This document shows, piece by piece, positions 27,135-38,049 of a DNA stretch of 64,000 nt. The DNA lies in NCBI GenBank assembly GCA_963775425.1, contig CAVZJB010000016.1, positions 416,001 through 480,000 of the forward strand, given 5' to 3'. This DNA is from an uncultured delta proteobacterium. GTDB taxonomy: Bacteria; Myxococcota; UBA727; VGSZ01. Below the pieces are notes generated by a model. That model saw nothing but the letters and a program-made list of their open reading frames with translations, did no database searches and was not told the origin of the DNA. Every line of letters begins with the position of its first letter. Position 1 is the stretch's first letter. The position numbers and the translations under genes were made by a program.

Positions 27135-28676
27135 TCACTCGAGCCGCTCGGCCGCCGAGCACGCCGGGGCCACGCGAGCCGAGCAGGCCTGGGCGAGGAT
27201 GGGGCGGGCGTGGGCGATGGCGTCGCCGCCGACCTTCTTGGCGACGCGCGCGGCGCCGGAGCAGGCGGCGGCGTTGCCGAGCGAGCAGCCCTTGGCGAAG
27301 GCGTCGAGCGCCGCGGTCTTGTCCACGGGGCCGCCGCGGCCCTTCTCGAGGTCGAGGCCGGCCTCGGCGCACGCGCGGGGGTAGCCGGCGCGGCAGCCGA
27401 GGGCGAAGAAGTAGCGGGCCTTGTCGTCGTCTTTGGCGGCGCCCCGGGCGTAGCGGCCGCCGGCCTTGAAGCAGGCGTGGGCGTTGGCGTCGTCCTCGCA
27501 GGCGCGCTCGGTGTCGTCGAGGGCGATGCGGCGGACGCCCGGGCGGACGGCCTTGGCGGGCTTGTGGAACCCGGCGAGCTCGGCGCAGGCCTCCCTGTCG
27601 CCGCCCTTGCAGTCCTTGCCGAGCACCATCGACACCACCTGGTCCATGGGGCGCTTGGCGCTCTTGGCGAGGGCGAGGCTGCTCTCGTGGGCGCAGGCGA
27701 CGTCGTCGCCTTTGTGGCAGGCCTTCTTGAGCATCTTCTTGGCCAGGGTCTCGTCGCGGGGCACGAAGTGGCCGACCAGGAGGGCGTCGCCCATGCGGCG
27801 GCAGCTCGCGGCGTCGTCGAGGCCGCAGGCCTTCTCGAGGAGGGCCCAGGCGCCGTCGACGACGCCCTGCACGCGGCCGAACAGCTCGGCGGCCCCGAGG
27901 GCGGCGCAGGCGCCGGCCTGCTCGCCGACGCACGCAGTGGCGAGCGGCCCGGCGGCGCGGCCCGGGTGCGAGGACGCGAGGAGGCGGGCGCCGACGCGAG
28001 CGCACGCCTTGACATCGTCGGCGGCGCAGCGGCGGCGGTCGATGGTGCGGAGCATCTCTGCGCTCAGCTCGACCTTGAGGCCGAGCTCGCCGGCCTCGTC
28101 GCACGCGGACGAGACACCGAGGCGGCAGCCCTTGGCGAGCCACTTGGCCGCGAGCACGGGGTCTTTGTCGACGTGGCGTCCGGTCTTCAGGGCCTCGCCG
28201 TAGGCGACGCAGCCGGAGCCGTCGGCGGCGCCGTCGTCGAGCTCGCAGCTCTTGCGCAGGAGGGCGACCCCCTCCCGCGGCGAGCGGCCGTCGACGCGGC
28301 CGTCGAAGAGGATCTCGGCGGCGTTCTCGCAGCCCTTCGCGCTGCCCTTGTCGCAAGCGCGCTCGAACAAGCCGAGCACCGACCGCCAGTCGCGGTTGCC
28401 GTCGAGCGCGCGCTCGCGGACGAAGACGCCGTGGGCGTTGCAACTGTCGGCGTCGCCCTTGCGGCAGCCGCGCACGAACAGGACGTCGCCGCGGGCGGGG
28501 TCGGCGGCCACGCCGACGCCGTCGACGAGCATGTTTCCCCACACCAGGCACGCGTGGGCGTCGCCGCTGTCGCAAGCGCGCGCGCAGCCGGTGGCGTCCC
28601 CGAGGCGACAGGTGGCGTCCGCGTGGGCGGCGGCGGCGGCGAGGGCGGCGAAGGCGAGGAGGATGGTGGCGCGCAC
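27135..28676 (-). CDS. Secreted Cys-rich Sel1-repeat protein
   Basis: Signal peptide ending AHA; ~12 Sel1/Hcp-like repeats (KACxxG..xC..xG...GxGVxxDxxxA). Confidence 0.85.
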   Translation of the reverse strand: MRATILLAFAALAAAAAHADATCRLGDATGCARACDSGDAHACLVWGNMLVDGVGVAADPARGDVLFVRGCRKGDADSCNAHGVFVRERALDGNRDWRSVLGLFERACDKGSAKGCENAAEILFDGRVDGRSPREGVALLRKSCELDDGAADGSGCVAYGEALKTGRHVDKDPVLAAKWLAKGCRLGVSSACDEAGELGLKVELSAEMLRTIDRRRCAADDVKACARVGARLLASSHPGRAAGPLATACVGEQAGACAALGAAELFGRVQGVVDGAWALLEKACGLDDAASCRRMGDALLVGHFVPRDETLAKKMLKKACHKGDDVACAHESSLALAKSAKRPMDQVVSMVLGKDCKGGDREACAELAGFHKPAKAVRPGVRRIALDDTERACEDDANAHACFKAGGRYARGAAKDDDKARYFFALGCRAGYPRACAEAGLDLEKGRGGPVDKTAALDAFAKGCSLGNAAACSGAARVAKKVGGDAIAHARPILAQACSARVAPACSAAERLE

Positions 28677-28796
28677 GCGGGACGTATCGGAGCCGCGCGC
28701 GCCCGCTCTCTCAGCCGATCGACTGTCGCACCGTCACCGGGCCGATGCTCCCGGCGGATCGCTGTGGAGCGATGTGCGCGGCTCGCGCACCACCCG

Positions 28797-29405
28797 TCAG
28801 GTCTTGGTGACCTGGTTGAAGTCGAGCTCGACGGGCGTGGAGCGCCCGAAGATGGTGACGTGGACGCGCACCTTCTGCTTGGCGTGGTTCACTTCCTCCA
28901 CGCTGCCGTTGAAGTTGGCGAACGGCCCCTCCACGACGCGGACGTTGTCACCGGACTCGAAGTCGATCTTGGGCACCGGCTTTTGCGCCGTCTCCGTGAG
29001 CTGCTGGGTCATGGCCAGCACCTGCTTCTCGGGGACCGAAGGGACGTTGGGCTCGTCGCCCGCCTTCTTCTTGTCCTCGCCGATGAAGCCCGTGACCTTG
29101 GGCGTGTTCTTGACGAGGTGCCAGGTGGTCCGGTTCATCTCCATCTGCACGAAGATGTAGCCGGGCGCGAACTTGCGCTTCTGCGTGCGCTTCTGGCCGT
29201 TGCGCTGCTCCTCGACGGTCTCCATCGGGATGAGGATCTCGCCGAAGACGAACTCGAGCGCCTTTTGCTTGATCTGCTCCTCGAGGGACTTCTTGGCGCG
29301 GTTCTCGAAGCCCGAGTACGTGTGGACGACGTACCACTTGAGCTTGTCGCTCTTGGGCTGTTCGGGCGGCTGCGCTGCGGCGGCTTCGTTCATCGTGGTG
29401 TTCAT
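28797..29405 (-). CDS. nusG: Transcription termination/antitermination factor NusG
   Basis: WYVVHTYSGFEN..PGYIFVQM..VKNTPKVTGFIG..GPFANFNG..IFGRSTPVELDF. Confidence 0.98.
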   Translation of the reverse strand: MNTTMNEAAAAQPPEQPKSDKLKWYVVHTYSGFENRAKKSLEEQIKQKALEFVFGEILIPMETVEEQRNGQKRTQKRKFAPGYIFVQMEMNRTTWHLVKNTPKVTGFIGEDKKKAGDEPNVPSVPEKQVLAMTQQLTETAQKPVPKIDFESGDNVRVVEGPFANFNGSVEEVNHAKQKVRVHVTIFGRSTPVELDFNQVTKT

Positions 29406-29788
29406 ACGTGGGTGGCCAGCCAGTTGCTGAGGATCTGGAAGGTGATGTCGAAGACGCCGAGGATCATCGCGGAGAGCACCGACGTGACGATGACGACGAG
29501 CGTGGACGTCTTGGTCTCCGGCCAGTCGGGCCAGTTCACCTTGTAGAGCTCGTCGGCGACGTGGTCGACGAAGTCCTTGCTCTTGGGCCACACGTAGCAG
29601 CCGATGGTGATGGCGGCGGCGAGCGCGACGCCGATGGCGCGCGTGAGCGTGACGCGGTCACCGAGCAGCGGCGTGTCGTTGATGCGCAGGGTGCCGAAGA
29701 GCGTGGCGCACGCCGTGGCCAGCACCCAGGCGAGGATGATCCCCGCGAAGACGTAAAAGATTCCAACCAGAGTCGCCTTGGCTTTCAT
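29402..29788 (-). CDS. secE: Preprotein translocase subunit SecE (3-TM type)
   Basis: ELYKVNWPDWPET..TLVVIV motif; lies between tRNA-Trp and nusG. Confidence 0.93.
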   Translation of the reverse strand: MKAKATLVGIFYVFAGIILAWVLATACATLFGTLRINDTPLLGDRVTLTRAIGVALAAAITIGCYVWPKSKDFVDHVADELYKVNWPDWPETKTSTLVVIVTSVLSAMILGVFDITFQILSNWLATHV

Positions 29789-29810
29789 CGCCTGAGAACC
29801 TCGATGCGAA

Positions 29811-29886
29811 TGGCAGGCCGTGCAGGACTTGAACCTGCAACCCCCGGTTTTGGAGACCGGTGCTCTACCAATTGAGCTAACGACCT
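29811..29886 (-). tRNA. tRNA-Trp(CCA)
   Basis: AGGTCGTTAGCTCAATTGGTAGAGCACCGGTCTCCAAAACCGGGGGTTGCAGGTTCAAGTCCTGCACGGCCTGCCA, 76-nt cloverleaf with encoded CCA. Confidence 0.97.
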
Positions 29887-30052
29887 ATCGACTGCCCCTG
29901 GATGGCGCCGTTTCGCCTGCGCGTCAATGCCTACGGGGCTGCGGAACGCCGGTTCACCCTCGGAACCCGGCGATCCGCGGGCGCGGCGCGCGGACGGGGC
30001 TCCGGCGCTGGCACCGCGGTTGCCTCGCGCCGCGGACCTTCCGGAGGTCCGC

Positions 30053-31658
30053 ATGTTTCGCTGGCTCATCGCATCGATCCTGTTCACCACCCCCGCCCTC
30101 GCCGGCGAGCGGCTGCTCGTCAAGGGGAGCCTCGACCGCGTCGACGTCCCGCTGCGCGTCGAGAAGAAGACGCTCTTCGGCTGGGCCGTCGTCGACGCCC
30201 CCGACGGCGCCGCCGCCCGCATCGCGGCCGCGCCCGGCGTGAAGGCCGTGGAGCCCGCGCGCCGGCTCAAGGCGCTGCGGACGCCCAACGACCCGGGCTT
30301 CCGCGCGCTGTGGGGCTTCCGCGCCGTCGAGGCCGAGGCCGCCTGGGACATCACCACCGGCAGCGCCGGGCAGCGCGTCGGCGTCGTCGACACGGGGATC
30401 CGGCGCGACCACGTGGACCTCGCCGCCAAGGACGCGGCGGGCTTCGACTTCGTGTCCGACCCCGGGGACGCCGGCGACGGCGATGGCCGGGACGCCGACT
30501 ACAGCGACGAAGGCGGCGACGACGAGTTCCACGGCAGCCACGTCGCCGGCACCATCGCCGCGCGCGGCAACGACCGCCACGGCGTCCCCGGGCTCAACTG
30601 GCGCGCCAAGCTCGTCACCGCGCGAGCGCTCGGGACCTCGGGCGGCGGCGACATCGTGGACATCATGGAGGCGGCCGCGTGGCTCGCCGGCTTCTCCGTC
30701 GACGGCGTCCCGGACGTGGGCGACGACAGGGTCTCGGTGATCAACATGAGCCTGGGCGCCGCGGGGCCGTGCAGCGCCTTCGAGCGCGACGTCACCGGGC
30801 AGATCCTCGACGCCGGCGTGGTGCTCGTGGCCGCCGCGGGGAACGACGGCGGGGCGACGGGATCGCCGGCGAGCTGCCCGGGGGTGATCGCGGTGGGCGC
30901 CGTGGACGCGGATTCTGACGCTCGCGTCGTACTCGAGCTTCGACGCGCGCACCGACGTCCTCGCCCCCGGCGGCGACATGGAGCTGGCCGAGGAAAACGG
31001 CGTCCTCTCCGTCGACGGCGCCACCACCGGCGGCACCAGGTACCTCGAGGGGACCTCGATGGCGGCGCCGCACGTCGCCGGAGTGGTGTCCCTGATGCAG
31101 GCGGTGAACCCGGCGCTGTCGCCGGCTGACATCCGGGCGATCCTCGTCGACAGCCCCTACACCTGCGAGCGCTGCGACGACCGCGCCTTCCTGCAGGCCG
31201 ACGACGCCGTCGCCCGCGCCCGCGACGCGGCTTCCCCGAGCGCCGGCGCGCCGGCCGACGCGAGCGCCGACCCGCCCGACGGCGCGTCCGGCGACGACGG
31301 CGCGGACGAGGCCGCCTGCGATCCCTCGCGCGGAAACTGGGACTGCCCCGCCGGCACCGGCTGCCGGGACGGCGTGTGCGCGGCCGGCGTCCAGGGGCGT
31401 GCGCGCCTGGGCGAGGGCTGCACCGTCGACGACGACTGCAACAGCGGCCTGTGCGACCGCCCGGCGGGGGAGCGCGGCGAGTGCACCAAGCCCTGTGACA
31501 GCGGCTGCCCCGCCGGCGACACCTGCGAGCCGGGCGTCATCCCCGGCGGGCTCTGCCGCGCCCCGGCCCCGGAGAGCTGCGCGGCGAGCGGCGCCGACGG
31601 CTTCGCCGCCCTCGCCCTCGCTGCGATCATGCGACGACGCCGGCGCCCCCGCGCCTGA
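30053..31658 (+). CDS. S8 subtilisin-like serine protease with Cys-rich tail and MYXO-CTERM-like anchor (frameshift ~30913)
   Basis: GGAGG RBS; signal peptide; VVDTG, HGSHVAGT, AAAGND; after removing one T: LASYSSFD..DVLAPGG..GTSMAAPHVAG; C-terminus SCAA..hydrophobic..RRRRR. Confidence 0.88.
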
Positions 31659-31680
31659 GCGCGGCGACACCGGCGTCTCG

Positions 31681-31702
31681 AGGCGCCCCGCCCGGGGCGC
31701 CT
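31681..31702. terminator. Hairpin between convergent protease gene and tuf
   Basis: AGGCGCCCCG-CC-CGGGGCGCCT inverted repeat. Confidence 0.5.
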
Positions 31703-31715
31703 GGCGGCCGAACGC

Positions 31716-32906
<1,191 letters not shown>

Positions 32907-32935
32907 GATGCGCTCCGCTCCGAGGTTGTTCGCGC

Positions 32936-33001
32936 CCTCTAGGCCGCGCTCATCTCCTGCGCAACTGGCATTGACACCCGGGCATCAGCACCCTTAGTTA
33001 T
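32936..33001. promoter_or_regulatory. Back-to-back divergent sigma70-type promoters (tuf / tRNA operon)
   Basis: Plus strand: TTGACA 32971-32976 followed by AT-rich TTAGTTAT. Minus strand: TTGCGC (32959-32964)-N17-TAGAGG (32936-32941). Confidence 0.55.
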
Positions 33002-33009
33002 GCGCCGAC

Positions 33010-33085
33010 GCTGGCGTAGCTCAGCTGGTAGAGCATCTGCCTTGTAAGCAGGGGGTCACGGGTTCAAGTCCCGTCGCCAGCTCCA
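33010..33085 (+). tRNA. tRNA-Thr(TGT)
   Basis: 76-nt cloverleaf, anticodon loop CTTGTAA, CCA end. Confidence 0.97.
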
Positions 33086-33126
33086 CCGGCCGAGAACCAC
33101 GACGGCGAGGAGGTGCGGAAGGTTTC

Positions 33127-33212
33127 GGTGGGGTACCCAAGTGGCCAACGGGAGCAGACTGTAAATCTGCCGTCGATAGACTTCGTAGGTTCGAATCCTA
33201 CCCCCACCACCA
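33127..33212 (+). tRNA. tRNA-Tyr(GTA)
   Basis: Anticodon loop CTGTAAA, long variable arm, CCA end. Confidence 0.97.
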
Positions 33213-33234
33213 ACGACGACGAGGAGCACAGCGC

Positions 33235-33310
33235 GCGGGGATAGCTCAGCTGGTAGAGCATCAGCCTTCCAAGCTGGATGTCGCGGGTTCGAATCCCGTT
33301 CCCCGCTCCA
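33235..33310 (+). tRNA. tRNA-Gly(TCC)
   Basis: Anticodon loop CTTCCAA, 76 nt, CCA end. Confidence 0.97.
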
Positions 33311-33341
33311 GTGTTTTGCCCCAGCCCGGCGGGGGCGAGAT

Positions 33342-33417
33342 GCTGCCATAGCTCAGATGGCAGAGCGCGTCCTTGGTAAGGACGAGGTCCCCAGTTCAAT
33401 CCTGGGTGGCAGCTCCA
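33342..33417 (+). tRNA. tRNA-Thr(GGT)
   Basis: Anticodon loop TTGGTAA, 76 nt, CCA end. Confidence 0.97.
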
Positions 33418-33421
33418 GTGG

Positions 33422-33451
33422 GAACCCCGCAGCAATGCGGGGTTCTTTTTT
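33422..33451 (+). terminator. Intrinsic terminator of the tRNA operon
   Basis: GAACCCCGCA-GCAA-TGCGGGGTTC followed by T6. Confidence 0.9.
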
Positions 33452-33519
33452 GGGATGCATCGGCATCACGTGTTGGGGTCGGGGCCGAATTCGGCCGAAC
33501 CCCAACGGCCAACCCCAAC

Positions 33520-33610
33520 AAACCGCCGGGCAGCGAGCCCAGCGCGGCGTCGAGCGCCTTGTGCTTCTCGTCCAGGGACACGTGGTTGTAGTGCTCATTT
33601 GTGAACCTCC
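33520..33610 (-). pseudogene. C-terminal remnant of a tyrosine integrase
   Basis: FTNEHYNHVSLDEKHKAL resembles the catalytic-Tyr box (T.HY.HV..DEK..A) of phage integrases; points toward the tRNA as expected. Confidence 0.55.
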
Positions 33611-33646
33611 CCTGCGGCGTGCCGGGTGAGATCCCATCGCCCGGCC

Positions 33647-33738
33647 CCTCCCCGTGACCGCGCACGTGAGCCGCACGCGCTTGCCGTACACGTGGCCGCT
33701 CCCCGCTCGCCCATCTCGCTGAGCCGCGCCCAACGCTC
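33647..33738 (-). repeat. Dispersed intergenic repeat, copy 2
   Basis: Reverse complement aligns with 18234-18326 over ~92 bp with about 10 differences. Confidence 0.85.
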
Positions 33739-33832
33739 GCAGCAACCTGATCGATGTTCTGGGTCGCCGCCGAGCGGTCCCTCTCGCTTTCAGCGTCGCG
33801 GAGAGCGGCCGCGCGCTGCGTGCGTCTCTCGC

Positions 33833-34111
33833 TCACTTCCAGTCGCTTCTTCCGTCGAGGACACCGAGGACCGAGACTTCGCCTCGGTTGTCGCTCACGA
33901 CGTAGACGAGGATGAAGGGCGTTCCGCCGACGATGAGCTCGCGGGTGCCAGCGACGGCACCAGCACGACCGAGCTCGGGGTGCTCCTCGAGGTGCACGGC
34001 GATGGCGAAGAGTCGAGCGGCGACGGCTTTCGCCTTGTCCTTGTTCTTGTAGCGGTGTCGAATCTGCGTGACGTCGGAGAGAGCCCGTCTTCACCACCTT
34101 ACTCGGGGCAC
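33833..34111 (-). pseudogene. RelE/ParE-family toxin with in-frame TGA at codon 7
   Basis: MPRVRW*RRALSDVTQIR..HLEEHPELGRAGAVAGTRELIVGGTPFILVYVV..VSVLGVLDGRSDWK*; TGA at 34091-34093. Confidence 0.85.
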
Positions 34112-34290
34112 GAGGGCGGGTCTTTCTCGTCGTCGCTCCCCCAGCTCTCGAGCCAGGCCTTCATCGCCGCGTTGTCGACGGTGCGCCCTGCGGCGACATC
34201 AGCGAGGCCTTCCTGAACGATCTTGCGCCGTTCGTCGAGCAAGCCCACAAGATCGTTGACGAGATCGTCGACCGACTTGCCTCGCCGGTC
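34099..34290 (-). pseudogene. CopG/RHH-type antitoxin, 5'-truncated by the att repeat
   Basis: ..IVQEGLADVAAGRTVDNAAMKAWLESWGSDDEKDPPSCPE*; overlaps the toxin start; the upstream frame hits a stop inside the duplicated tRNA fragment. Confidence 0.8.
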
Positions 34291-34340
34291 CTTGGTAAGG
34301 ACGAGGTCCCCAGTTCAATCCGGGGTGGCAGCTCCAGTGG

Positions 34341-34384
34341 GAACCCGGCGCCGTCTCTTCGGAGATCGCGCCGGGTTCTTTTTT
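34341..34384 (+). terminator. Intrinsic terminator after the duplicated tRNA 3' end
   Basis: GAACCCGGCG...CGCCGGGTTC followed by T6. Confidence 0.8.
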
Positions 34385-34692
34385 GGGATGGAAGCCCAAT
34401 GGCCAAGCCCCGCGCACCACCAAGAAGCGGCCGAAGCGCGCGTGCCCCTTCGCCCGCGCGTGCATTGCTCTCAGGGCGTGGCGCCCGCGAGCGAGGACGC
34501 TTCTCTCTCGCCGCGGATCATCAACAGTGCGTCTGACACGCGAGGAGGTCGAAGAGCTCGTGGCGCCGAGTCGCCGCTCCTTATCTCGGCGAAAAAGGCC
34601 GGGACAAATGTCCCACGGCGCCGCGAGCCGCACGCGACCAGCACCGAAAACCTGCTTGCGCCGCACGCCGCGTCGCAACCCTGGAGGCTCCC

Positions 34693-35664
34693 GTGACCGT
34701 CATCCGCATCGCCACCGACCCCCGCAGTTGGCTCTCGGCGCAACGCTTCGCCGAAGATCATGGGCTCGCCAGGCTGGGCCAGAAGAAGCTCGCGACGATG
34801 GCCGACGACGCCGGGGTGGTGCACCTCGACGAGCTCCAGCGCCTGGCCCGCGTTGCCGCGGTGGACGACGACGGCGTGCTCAGCCGCGCCGAGGCGCAAC
34901 GCGTCTCCGCCTACGTGCGCGACCGCCGCGCGCCCATCGTCGGCAGCGCGAACAGCTCGGCCGTGACCGCGCGCGCAGTGAAGCGCGCGCCGGTGACGGG
35001 CTACATCGCGATCGATCACAGAGCCGAGGGCAAGGACCTCGTCTTCACCCTCGACATCAGCAAACACCCGGGCACCGGCGAATACGCCAAGCGCATCGTG
35101 CTCGAGGGCGTGGCGCCGAACGAGCGCGACGACGCCACGGCCGTCAGCGTCGAGCGCTACGGCACGCGCGGGGAGAACGCGTCCGCGGGCTACGCCCGGG
35201 GCGGCGCGGGCGCGGGATACATCGTCGGCATCGCCGACAAGGACAAAGGCGCCATCCTCGTGAACCTCAGCGCGGCGGGCGCGCTCGCCGGCGACGCACC
35301 GGATGCGCGGACGTTGTTCACCCCCGCGGCGCTCGCGCGTCACCCGGCGGTCCAGACCTACGCGCGCAAGCACGGGCTCGACCCGCGGGCGGTCCACGTC
35401 GAGGTCCTCGAGGTCTCGTTCCACTCCGACTTCGTGGACAGGAGCCGCGGTCCGCGCGCTTCGCACGCCGGGCTCCACACGCTGTTGCTCTCGCTCGAGC
35501 TCACGCAGGAGGGCTCTCGCAAAGAGCCGCGCCGCGTGGAGATGAGCGCGCTCGTCGAGGGCAACGTCACCGAGCCCCTCGCCAAGCTCGACGTCGAGCA
35601 CCTCGAGCCCGGCGCCAAGATCGTCGCCGGCTTCGTCTACCCGTCGGCGGTCACGATCGCGTGA
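34693..35664 (+). CDS. Hypothetical protein (323 aa)
   Basis: GGAGG RBS, GTG start, coding-like codon bias; EF-hand-like DDDGVLSRAE; no recognisable family. Confidence 0.65.
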   Translation: MTVIRIATDPRSWLSAQRFAEDHGLARLGQKKLATMADDAGVVHLDELQRLARVAAVDDDGVLSRAEAQRVSAYVRDRRAPIVGSANSSAVTARAVKRAPVTGYIAIDHRAEGKDLVFTLDISKHPGTGEYAKRIVLEGVAPNERDDATAVSVERYGTRGENASAGYARGGAGAGYIVGIADKDKGAILVNLSAAGALAGDAPDARTLFTPAALARHPAVQTYARKHGLDPRAVHVEVLEVSFHSDFVDRSRGPRASHAGLHTLLLSLELTQEGSRKEPRRVEMSALVEGNVTEPLAKLDVEHLEPGAKIVAGFVYPSAVTIA

Positions 35665-35683
35665 GGCCGTGTAGGCTCGCCCT

Positions 35684-36415
35684 GTGAACGAGGCGCTCCC
35701 CTGGCTCCGTCGCATCCCCGCGTTCGCGCACGCAAAGGACGGTGCGCTCGCGCGCGCTGCGGCGGAGTCGGAGGTGCGGCACTACCCGGCGCGCCAGCAG
35801 GTGGTGCGCGCCGGAGCAGCGCAGACCCATGTGCTCATCGTCGCGCAAGGTGCACTGCGCCTGTACCGGCGAAACCGCGAGGCCAAGACGGAGATCCTCG
35901 TGGCGGTCGTCACCGCGCCTGCCACGTTCGGCGACGCCGAGCTCTACGCGCACAGCCCGTGGATGGTCTCCGCCGCCGCCGTCGCCGACACCCTCGTCGT
36001 GCACATGCCAAACGCCGCGTACGACGGGCTCGTCGCCGGAGACGGCGCGGCAGCCGCTGCATTGTACCGCGAGGCGTGCGTGCGCCTCCTCCTCGCCGTC
36101 CAGGTCATGCAAGTGCACGGGCTTCAGAAGGTGCGGCACAAGATCCTGCGCCTGTTGTGGGACGCGGCGGCGACGCCGGAGCGCGGAGCGCGTCGAGTGG
36201 CGTCGCTGTCGCAGGTCGACCTCGCCGACGCGCTCGGGGTCAACCGCAAGACCATCGCGCGCAACCTGCGCGACCTCGAGAGTGACGGCCTCATCCGCCG
36301 CGACGGCGCCGCCGTGGAGCTGCTGCTCGCCGAGGGAGATCTGCCGTGGAAACCGCTCGCCGGCACGGACGCGAACGCGCGGTGGAAGCTGCCGCGGCCA
36401 CGCCGGAGCTCGTAG
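35684..36415 (+). CDS. Crp/Fnr-family transcriptional regulator
   Basis: cNMP-binding-like N-domain (GALRLY..FGDAEL) and HTH LSQVDLADALGVNRKTIARNLRDLESDGLI. Confidence 0.88.
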   Translation: MNEALPWLRRIPAFAHAKDGALARAAAESEVRHYPARQQVVRAGAAQTHVLIVAQGALRLYRRNREAKTEILVAVVTAPATFGDAELYAHSPWMVSAAAVADTLVVHMPNAAYDGLVAGDGAAAAALYREACVRLLLAVQVMQVHGLQKVRHKILRLLWDAAATPERGARRVASLSQVDLADALGVNRKTIARNLRDLESDGLIRRDGAAVELLLAEGDLPWKPLAGTDANARWKLPRPRRSS

Positions 36416-36495
36416 ATCGTTTGTCCGAAGCGCGAGCCCGCTCGCCCGCACGGGGCGCGCGGCGGGGCCCCGGAGCGGGTGTAGGATGCCGTGCC

Positions 36496-36984
36496 ATGGG
36501 AACAGCCATCGTCGTCGCTCTCTTCGCGGGCATCGCCGTGATGGCCGGTGTCGGCATCGCTTTGCGGACCAGGGCGCGCTCGTTCTTCGAGCGGGAGGGC
36601 TTCAAGCGCCTGCCCGAGTGCCCCGTCACGCTGCCGCTGCCGGGTCACGTGAGCGTGCTCGACTGCTTCTCGGGTGAGCTGTGGCCGGGTCGCTCGGCGA
36701 TCCTGTTCCTCGCCACGTCCCACCCGCCCTCGGCGGGCTGGTCCACGCCCGTCCACGCCGTCGGCGTCTACCTCGCGCCCGAGGCGCGCCTGCCGGACGG
36801 CTGGCTCGACGCGTGGGCCCAGCGCGTGAAGCCCCACGCCGAGACCACCGACGCCCCTGCCCTCGCGGAGCGTGATGACAAGGGCGGCTCCGTCGTGCTG
36901 TGGCACGTCCTCGACAGCGAGAAGAACGCGAAGGACGTCCTCGGCGCGCTGCGCGCGAGCCCGCCCGCGGCGCGCACAGCTTGA
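36496..36984 (+). CDS. Hypothetical protein with N-terminal TM anchor
   Basis: MGTAIVVALFAGIAVMAGVGIAL hydrophobic helix; coding-like frame. Confidence 0.6.
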   Translation: MGTAIVVALFAGIAVMAGVGIALRTRARSFFEREGFKRLPECPVTLPLPGHVSVLDCFSGELWPGRSAILFLATSHPPSAGWSTPVHAVGVYLAPEARLPDGWLDAWAQRVKPHAETTDAPALAERDDKGGSVVLWHVLDSEKNAKDVLGALRASPPAARTA

Positions 36985-37040
36985 CGGCTTCGTCGAGGCG
37001 CACGCGCCGATCCCCGGGCGGCGCGGCGCAGCCCGTGGCG

Positions 37041-38010
37041 TCAGCGATGGTGGCTCGTCGCGCCCGGCACGACCGCCATCTCGACGACGTGCGACAGCGG
37101 GAGCTGCGTGTACGACGCGCCTCCGTCCCAGCGAAAGACGTCGTACGCGTCGGCGAACACCACGGCGCCTGAGGGCTCAAGGGCCAGCGCGGCGACCGGA
37201 GTCGATGACGGGTTCGTGAACACAACGTCGACGCTGCCGGTGACACCGAGGTGCGCGACCTGCGCGGAGTCGTCGTCGGAAAAGAGCGCGCCGCCGTCGG
37301 GGGACGCAGCCACGCGGTCCGGCGACTCGATGCCCACGACCGGCGTGGTTGCGCCCGTGGCGACGTCCACCCGAACGCCCGGCTTGAAGCCCGCGGCGGA
37401 GTTGCTCGCGCGCATGGTCGCGATCGCGGCGCCGTCCGCGAGCGTCGTGACGTCGCCGACGCCCGTGACGTGGGCGAGCTCGGCGATCCGCCCCGTCGGC
37501 TCCGCGCGGAAGACGGCGTTTGCGCCCGTGTCGGCGACGAGGAGCGCCCCCGTATGGTCGACGTCGATGCCGCAGGGATTCCGCAGCGGACTCCCCTCGC
37601 GAATCAAGTGTTTGACGCCGTTTTGCGGATTGACGTCGATCAGCTTGCCGTCGTCGACGAACCAGGTCGTCGATGCGCCGGCGTCGGCGACGACGATGTC
37701 GCAGCTCGCGGTCACCACGAGATCCTGCGGCTCTCCAACAGCCCGCCGGCCGCGATCACGCTCGAAGCTCCGGTGTCGGGATCCAAGACGATGATGCGCG
37801 GCACCGAGCCGGAGGCGTCGATCGCGACGATGTCTCCCGCGCGAAGCGAGGGGCAGGCATCGCACGCGTCCCCGCGCCCGTCGCCGTCAACGTCCGCCTG
37901 CGCGGCGTTCGGGACGTCGACGCAGTTGTCGGTGACGTCCGCGACGCCGTCGGCGTCGAGGTCCTGCGCCGGGTCGCCCCCGCCCTCGCAGGTGCCGGTG
38001 CCGCAGCGGC
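37041..38010 (-). pseudogene. TSP3 plus NHL/beta-propeller protein fragment, frameshifted near 37727
   Basis: DLDADGVADVTDNCVDVPNAAQADVDGDGRGDAC, then P.GI.VD..G.LLVADTG repeats in another frame; no intact 5' end. Confidence 0.6.
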
Positions 38011-38049
38011 CGGCCCACGCACCACGGCTCCTTTCGCGCAGGCGCACCT

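Larger units (their letters stand above)
33369..34346. mobile_element. Decayed tRNA-Thr-integrated mini-island bounded by 59-bp direct repeats (att-like)
   Basis: 33369-33427 equals 34288-34346 with 1 mismatch (anticodon arm to CCA of tRNA-Thr(GGT) plus GTGGGAACCC); contains an integrase remnant and TA pseudogenes. Confidence 0.85.

Noticed and set aside
30053-31658. Programmed frameshifting or pseudogene status for the subtilase (and PLD)
   Set aside because: No slippery heptamer, both halves look intact, and the shared GATTC signature points to sequencing error.
34091-34093. Selenocysteine or recoded TGA in the toxin
   Set aside because: The position is not a Cys site in RelE/ParE, no SECIS was recognised, TGA is the normal stop across the window, and the context is a decayed element.
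34288-34336. Possible additional tRNA-Thr gene
   Set aside because: Only the 3' part (anticodon arm to CCA) is present; it is an att-type duplication.
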